Source: Clostridiales bacterium DTU064 (lineage in GTDB: Bacteria; Bacillota; Clostridia; Oscillospirales; CAG-272). Taken from it: DNA of 51,152 nt. Numbering within the stretch: the first letter of the stretch is position 1; each line of letters starts with the position of its first letter. The stretch is from the NCBI GenBank assembly GCA_001513385.1, contig LFTK01000058.1, forward strand, positions 300 to 51,451, written 5' to 3'. Below are positions 46,540-51,152 of the stretch, in pieces. The position numbers and the translations under genes were made by a program. Below the pieces are notes generated by a model. The model made no database searches, was not told where the DNA came from, and saw only the letters and a program-made list of their open reading frames with translations.

Positions 46540-47151
46540 TTATTCGCCTTTCTTTCCCCATTTTCTGAGATACAATGCCATAAGTATTCCTGCCACCATA
46601 GTCACAACTCCAATAGTAATAATAACACCCGTAAAGAATGAAGCGTTTGCCCATGCTTCCTGGTTAATCTCAAAAAAAGGATCTGTACCACCAAACGGAC
46701 CCCAGTACTTGTCCGATCCGGACTGAGTACCTGCCGTACCGCTTCCAAATATAGAACGATAAAATAATATGCGTGCAACTATACCCAAAGCAAAAAATAC
46801 CAGGCCTGAAATAGCTATACAAACACCATACAGCCATCCAAACTGCTTTACTGAATTCAGGATGAATTTCGGCAGATGATTCATCCAGTCGGGATAGGCA
46901 TTGATTGCATGCAGTTTTTGCTCCTGTTCTTCAGTTTCCGGAAAATCATCAGGAGCCGTGTCAGACAACAACCAGTCTACCGATACATTCAGTACTTTCG
47001 CCAACTGCGAAAGCTTTGTGATATCAGGGTAAGCTTCTCCCGTTTCCCACTTGGATACGGATTGCCTTGACACGCCCATAGCGTCCGCCAAATCAATTTG
47101 TGACATGCCGGCCTTCTTCCGGCTATACATTATCTTTTTACCTAAATTCAT
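46540..47151 (-). CDS. membrane-anchored XRE-family (HTH_3) transcriptional regulator
   Basis: 203 aa with N-terminal SQIDLADAMGVSRQSVSKWETG helix-turn-helix, an acidic linker and two hydrophobic segments (WLYGVCIAISGLVFFALGIVARI; FFTGVIITIGVVTMVAGILMALYL). Confidence 0.8.
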   Translation of the reverse strand: MNLGKKIMYSRKKAGMSQIDLADAMGVSRQSVSKWETGEAYPDITKLSQLAKVLNVSVDWLLSDTAPDDFPETEEQEQKLHAINAYPDWMNHLPKFILNSVKQFGWLYGVCIAISGLVFFALGIVARILFYRSIFGSGTAGTQSGSDKYWGPFGGTDPFFEINQEAWANASFFTGVIITIGVVTMVAGILMALYLRKWGKKGE

Positions 47152-47186
47152 GTTTTTACGCCTTCCGATATTTTAACTTTAAGCTT

Positions 47187-47216
47187 ATTATACCGATAAG
47201 GTGATTTGCATATCAA
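47187..47216 (-). promoter_or_regulatory. candidate sigma-A promoter of the XRE gene (TTGATA-18 nt-TATAAT)
   Basis: On the minus strand, -35 is at 47216-47211 and -10 at 47192-47187. Confidence 0.55.
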
Positions 47217-47344
47217 CCAACACCGTATTGGCAACGTGTCAACCGGTAGTTGCATATGCCTTTGAGGAAAATAAATTAATATAATATCCTATCAATATTA
47301 TGAATTCATTATAACAACTTCTCACGTCATCATCAATACCCGTA

Positions 47345-47387
47345 TAAAAAAGGCAGCAGATTTTTGCAAAATCTGCTGCCTTTTTTA
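47345..47387. terminator. bidirectional terminator downstream of tRNA-Ser
   Basis: aaaaaaggcagcagattt / aaatctgctgcctttttt is a perfect stem flanked by A6 and T6 runs. Confidence 0.9.
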
Positions 47388-47389
47388 TA

Positions 47390-47478
47390 CGGAGAGGGAG
47401 GGATTCGAACCCTCGGTCGGGTATTAGCCGACACACGATTTCCAGTCGTGCGCCTTAGACCAGCTCAGCCACCTCTCC
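47390..47478 (-). tRNA. tRNA-Ser (anticodon GGA), type II
   Basis: The minus strand reads GGAGAGGTGGCTGAGCTGGTCTAAGGC...CTGGAAA (anticodon loop)...long variable arm...GGGTTCGAATCCCTCCCTCTCCG. Confidence 0.92.
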
Positions 47479-47513
47479 GTGCGTGGTTTCGCTGCTCGTA
47501 AAACCGCTTTGTT

Positions 47514-47543
47514 ATTCTATCACACAGTCGAGCTTAAAGTCAA
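47514..47543 (-). promoter_or_regulatory. sigma-A promoter of tRNA-Ser (TTGACT-18 nt-TAGAAT with TG extension)
   Basis: On the minus strand, -35 is at 47543-47538 and -10 at 47519-47514. The extended -10 GTGATAGAAT is identical to that of the S10 operon promoter. Confidence 0.6.
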
Positions 47544-47595
47544 TACCGGATGATAAAATTATACTCGCGTATATTTTAACTAAATACCACTAAAA

Positions 47596-49473
47596 TCAAC
47601 CGTTTTTCCGTACGTAATATTCAATACATTTGAAGCGCGTAAGCATCTCTTCGCCTTCATCCGACAGTGTCTTCGTCAGCACACCGTCTTCACGGTAAAC
47701 GCCGGATGTGTTTATTATATCGATTTTACGCGAAAGCTCGCTTGTCACCTTCATATACTCGTTGCCACCCCATCCGCATAAGTCAAAAAGGCGATTCATT
47801 AAAAACATCGGGCTTATGCTGCCCCCATCGCCTTTTATCTCAGAACCAAGGGCGCTTTTAGCCGCGTCGTTTGCCCATATTACATACGGCGTCGAGTAAT
47901 AATTATAAAAGCCTTCGTCTGTATCAAGATTGAGATTTATTCCGGCTTCCTTATAAACGGCATAATCATTGCCCATCCACGGGTTGTGATCACCGAATAA
48001 TATGATAATTGTAGGATCATCCGACGCACGGAAGTACTCGAAAAATTCACGAAGCGCAGCGTCTGTCTTTGCTATGCCACCGAGATAATTATTGAGCATT
48101 ATGTATGAGGATTCGGAGAAGCCTGTATTCGCTGCGTACTCCGTTGTGTAATAAAGCTTCTTATCGTTATACGGCCCGTGGTTCTGGTAAGTGACCGAAA
48201 AATTAAAGTATGGCTTACCTGTTTCTTTGTTTTCTTCAAACAGCTCAATTATATCGGCAAGGAAAGGCTTGTCCGACATAATATTGCCGTTTGCCGTTGT
48301 ATACCGGTCCTCAAAGAAGTAATAATAGTCAAAACCGAGGTATTCGTTCACATTACGGCGGTTGTAAAACCACTCATAACTCGGATGGCACCCTTCAACC
48401 GTATAGCCCTGCTCCTTAAAATAATAAACATATGACGGAGTTTTGCTGCGGATTGTGTACGCATCAGAATATCCCGTTAAAAACGTACGCTCCGCGTTGA
48501 TTGTCCCCGCGCCAAATGTGTTTGTCACAAGAGTTCCGCTGTACCCTTCTGACTGTATCTGGTGAAAATACTTGTACGGGTCGTTTGTAAATTCAATATT
48601 GCCGATAGCGCTAAGGTCATTATAAGCTTCAAGCATTATCGCAATTATATTGACCTTTTCATCATCCGGTATGTCATCGTATGTATACTTAGCAAGCTCC
48701 GCTGCCGCTTCATCCTTATTATATCCTTCCGGCGCCGTATCACGGGCATTTTTAATGCTTCGTATAAACGAATAAATAAATCCGCGTGACATGTACTGGT
48801 CTGTATCCGACCACTTGTGTAAAAATGAAGCGTTATGCTCTGTTATATTTTCAGTTTTATTATAGAAACCGTTTTGATAATATAGCTTCGGGACAAAACA
48901 AACAAAGAGTACAGCTAATATAACAGGTATTGTCACCCGCAGCCATATGGGGAACCTCACAGGTCTCGGTAGGAAAAATACTGCTACCGCGATAGCAATC
49001 ACAGCAATAATTGTGACGACTATCTGCCATGTCAGGACGACTTTGTAGGACTTTTCCATCTCCGCCGCCTCTGTAATTAACGATACATCGATCGCCATAA
49101 ACGGGTCGGCGCGGAAAAGCATCTTATAATAATTGACCCATGTCGGTAAAAGTGTAAGCACACCGCTTACGAGAAATGTTATCCACGCGCGCCTTACAGT
49201 AAAATACACTATAAGTGATATAGCAAATACGGGCAGCCAGTTCAAAAATACTATATTGGGGTTTTTGAAGTACGATGAAAACAGATTGCTTTTGTTAGCA
49301 CCATATGTAAGGGCACTGAAATATAGAGATAATACCGAGAGAGCACATGAAAATAATAAAACAGCGATAATATTAATCGCTTCGTAAATTGCAGGTTTTA
49401 TACTCTTCGCACTGCTTTTAGCATCAGGTTTTATTGCTGCAGTGCGGGGTTTTGTCATGCTTAGAGAACGCAT
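47596..49473 (-). CDS. LTA-synthase/sulfatase-family membrane protein (LtaS-like, alkaline-phosphatase superfamily)
   Basis: 625 aa with about five N-terminal TM helices and an extracellular sulfatase-fold domain (FGDHNPW motif region). Confidence 0.7.
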   Translation of the reverse strand: MRSLSMTKPRTAAIKPDAKSSAKSIKPAIYEAINIIAVLLFSCALSVLSLYFSALTYGANKSNLFSSYFKNPNIVFLNWLPVFAISLIVYFTVRRAWITFLVSGVLTLLPTWVNYYKMLFRADPFMAIDVSLITEAAEMEKSYKVVLTWQIVVTIIAVIAIAVAVFFLPRPVRFPIWLRVTIPVILAVLFVCFVPKLYYQNGFYNKTENITEHNASFLHKWSDTDQYMSRGFIYSFIRSIKNARDTAPEGYNKDEAAAELAKYTYDDIPDDEKVNIIAIMLEAYNDLSAIGNIEFTNDPYKYFHQIQSEGYSGTLVTNTFGAGTINAERTFLTGYSDAYTIRSKTPSYVYYFKEQGYTVEGCHPSYEWFYNRRNVNEYLGFDYYYFFEDRYTTANGNIMSDKPFLADIIELFEENKETGKPYFNFSVTYQNHGPYNDKKLYYTTEYAANTGFSESSYIMLNNYLGGIAKTDAALREFFEYFRASDDPTIIILFGDHNPWMGNDYAVYKEAGINLNLDTDEGFYNYYSTPYVIWANDAAKSALGSEIKGDGGSISPMFLMNRLFDLCGWGGNEYMKVTSELSRKIDIINTSGVYREDGVLTKTLSDEGEEMLTRFKCIEYYVRKNG

Positions 49474-49647
49474 AATTTTTTATCTTTCACTTATATTTTT
49501 TAATACACGTCAAACTATAAGAATAATTATAACATATAATATAAAATTATTATGATAATTTCGTTAATTTGTCGTATTGTGACTTAAAATGCACATTTTT
49601 TGTTTAATATAGTTCTGTTGTTATTATAAAAACATCATCCTGTAATA

Positions 49648-49675
49648 AAGACAGCAGTTTTAAGACTGCTGTCTT
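49648..49675 (-). terminator. hairpin overlapping the malQ stop codon, followed by a U-rich tract on the minus strand
   Basis: aagacagcag / ctgctgtctt is a 10-bp stem. The minus strand continues tttattacagg. Confidence 0.6.
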
Positions 49676-51108
49676 CCGTATAAAATGTTCATACGACGCC
49701 AATATGCGGGGTCAAGCAGCGAAAGCTGCTCATCTGTCAGTCTGAATGCCCAGTTTTTCTCTGCAACCCCCGGCGTGTTCATGCGTGTGTCGGCGCCATA
49801 ACACAAAAGATCCTGCACAGGGAAAATAGCAAGCGCCGCCGATGATGCCATTACAGAAAGCAATGCGCGCCTGCACGCAAGGTTCCAGTCATAATCCGGG
49901 CAGCCGCAGTAATCGAATAGGTCGCGCCGACGCTCGGGCGGCATCTCCCAGATGTAGCCGAGAAGTGTGTTGTTGTCATGCGTACCTGTGTAAGCAACGC
50001 AGTTTACAGGGTAGTTATGCGGGCGGTGCGGCGAATCATCACCCGTCAAAAATCCAAACTGCAATACACGCATGCCGGGAAAACCCGAATACTCAAGCAG
50101 CTTTTCAACCTTTGGCGTTATATCGCCAAGATCCTCTGCAATAATGAGTTTTTCTCCGGCTATGTCACGTACCATATCGATAAAAGGCTTACCCGGCCCG
50201 GGCAGCCACTTCCCCTCCCGTGCGCTCTTTGCTTCCCTCGGGACTACATAATACGACTCAAACGCGCGGAAATGGTCAAGACGCACCCCATCAAATATTT
50301 CAAGCATGAAAGTGAGCCTGTCACGCCAGAATCTATATCCATCGGCGGCCGCCACATTCCAGTCATAGATAGGATTGCCCCATAGCTGCCCGTCTGCTGA
50401 GAAGTAATCAGGCGGAACACCGGCCAAAAGCCGCGGATATCCGTCAGAATCAAGAAGAAACTGCCCCCTGTCGCCCCAGACATCAGCGCTATCAAGCGAA
50501 ACATAAATCGGCACATCGCCTATCACACGTACACCGCGCTCATTTGCGTATGCTTTAAGCTCACGCCACTCTTCGAAAAATTCATACTGAGCAAATCTCC
50601 AAGCAAATTCTTCCTCTGAATCCGGACAAGTGTTGCTCCAAAGCTGCCACGGCACGCCATCGTTTGATTTTTTCAGTGCCATGAATCTGCAGAAACGTTC
50701 GATGTAGGGTCTTACCTCGACAAAGTCATTGATTTTGCGGCGTTCTTCCGCATCAACACGGGACGCTGCAAGGCGCAGTATGTCCATCCGTTGTGTTCTG
50801 AGCCTGTCAAACTCGCATAGATAGGGTGTCTTTTGCTTTGATGCATCAAGCTCATCTTGCGTCAGAAGCCCTCGAGCATAAAGACGCTCAAGGTCTATGA
50901 AATTAGGGTTTCCGGAAAAAGTTGAATAAGAGCAGTAAGGCGAGTTATACTCGTCCGGCACGCAAAACGAGAGCGTTTGCCAATAAGAAAATCCGGCAGA
51001 CGAAAGAAAATCCACCCATGCGCGCGCGCCATCCCCAAAGTCACCGCAACCATACTTTCCCGGCAGCGACGACACATGCATTAAAACCCCCGACGCTCTT
51101 TTCAACAT
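49660..51108 (-). CDS. malQ: 4-alpha-glucanotransferase (amylomaltase, GH77)
   Basis: 482 aa with SGVLMHVSSLPG..G.GDFG, RLDHFRAF and IAEDLG motifs. GGAGG lies 6 nt upstream of the ATG. Confidence 0.93.
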   Translation of the reverse strand: MLKRASGVLMHVSSLPGKYGCGDFGDGARAWVDFLSSAGFSYWQTLSFCVPDEYNSPYCSYSTFSGNPNFIDLERLYARGLLTQDELDASKQKTPYLCEFDRLRTQRMDILRLAASRVDAEERRKINDFVEVRPYIERFCRFMALKKSNDGVPWQLWSNTCPDSEEEFAWRFAQYEFFEEWRELKAYANERGVRVIGDVPIYVSLDSADVWGDRGQFLLDSDGYPRLLAGVPPDYFSADGQLWGNPIYDWNVAAADGYRFWRDRLTFMLEIFDGVRLDHFRAFESYYVVPREAKSAREGKWLPGPGKPFIDMVRDIAGEKLIIAEDLGDITPKVEKLLEYSGFPGMRVLQFGFLTGDDSPHRPHNYPVNCVAYTGTHDNNTLLGYIWEMPPERRRDLFDYCGCPDYDWNLACRRALLSVMASSAALAIFPVQDLLCYGADTRMNTPGVAEKNWAFRLTDEQLSLLDPAYWRRMNILYGRQQS

Positions 51109-51152
51109 AATAGACCTCCGAAAAACCAGAACTAAGCAAAATAATAGACAAT

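Noticed and set aside
47239-47436. 65-aa minus-strand ORF
   Set aside because: It overlaps tRNA-Ser(GGA) and its perfect terminator hairpin, so it is an artefact of those structured sequences.

Overview
51-kb chromosomal window from a Firmicute. The gene order and protein features look Clostridia/Oscillospiraceae-like, but that is inference only because no database search was possible. No transposase, integrase, phage gene or CRISPR array was seen.

Layout:
- 1-8.3 kb, mostly plus strand: CIRCE-controlled groES-groEL, a tRNA-Leu(UAA)/initiator tRNA-fMet mini-operon, an acyl-CoA thioesterase, a HAD-IIA phosphatase (minus strand), a type II pantothenate kinase and a P-type Ca2+ ATPase.
- 8.6-24.9 kb, minus strand: the complete S10-spc-alpha ribosomal superoperon, rpsJ through rplQ. 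It includes secY, adk, map, a KOW protein, infA and an rpmJ gene that falls below the ORF-track length cut-off.
- 25.2-26.6 kb: a lipoprotein with tandem jelly-roll-like domains, followed by a 0.73-kb extremely AT-rich spacer.
- 27.3-32.4 kb, plus strand: a complete lysine operon, dapA-dapB-dapF-dapL-lysA.
- 32.4-44.6 kb, minus strand: the most interesting part, a tightly packed redox/H2 locus. Its order is rex, adhE, an APH-fold kinase, a PAS-containing sensory-type [FeFe] hydrogenase (HydS-like), a SpoIIE/PP2C phosphatase with an unassigned C-terminal domain, the bifurcating-type hydrogenase hydC-hydB-hydA, a small [2Fe-2S] protein and a YfcE-like phosphoesterase. The locus encodes no recognisable phospho-acceptor (no STAS protein, sigma factor or response regulator).
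- 44.7-51.1 kb: an orphan 30-bp palindrome/terminator, an FAD-Rieske fusion oxidoreductase, a membrane-anchored XRE regulator, tRNA-Ser(GGA), an LtaS-family sulfatase-fold protein and malQ.

Secondary observations concern unusually long structured spacers and a long leader inside the ribosomal operon, and a Cys4 (zinc-ribbon-like) form of ribosomal protein L24.
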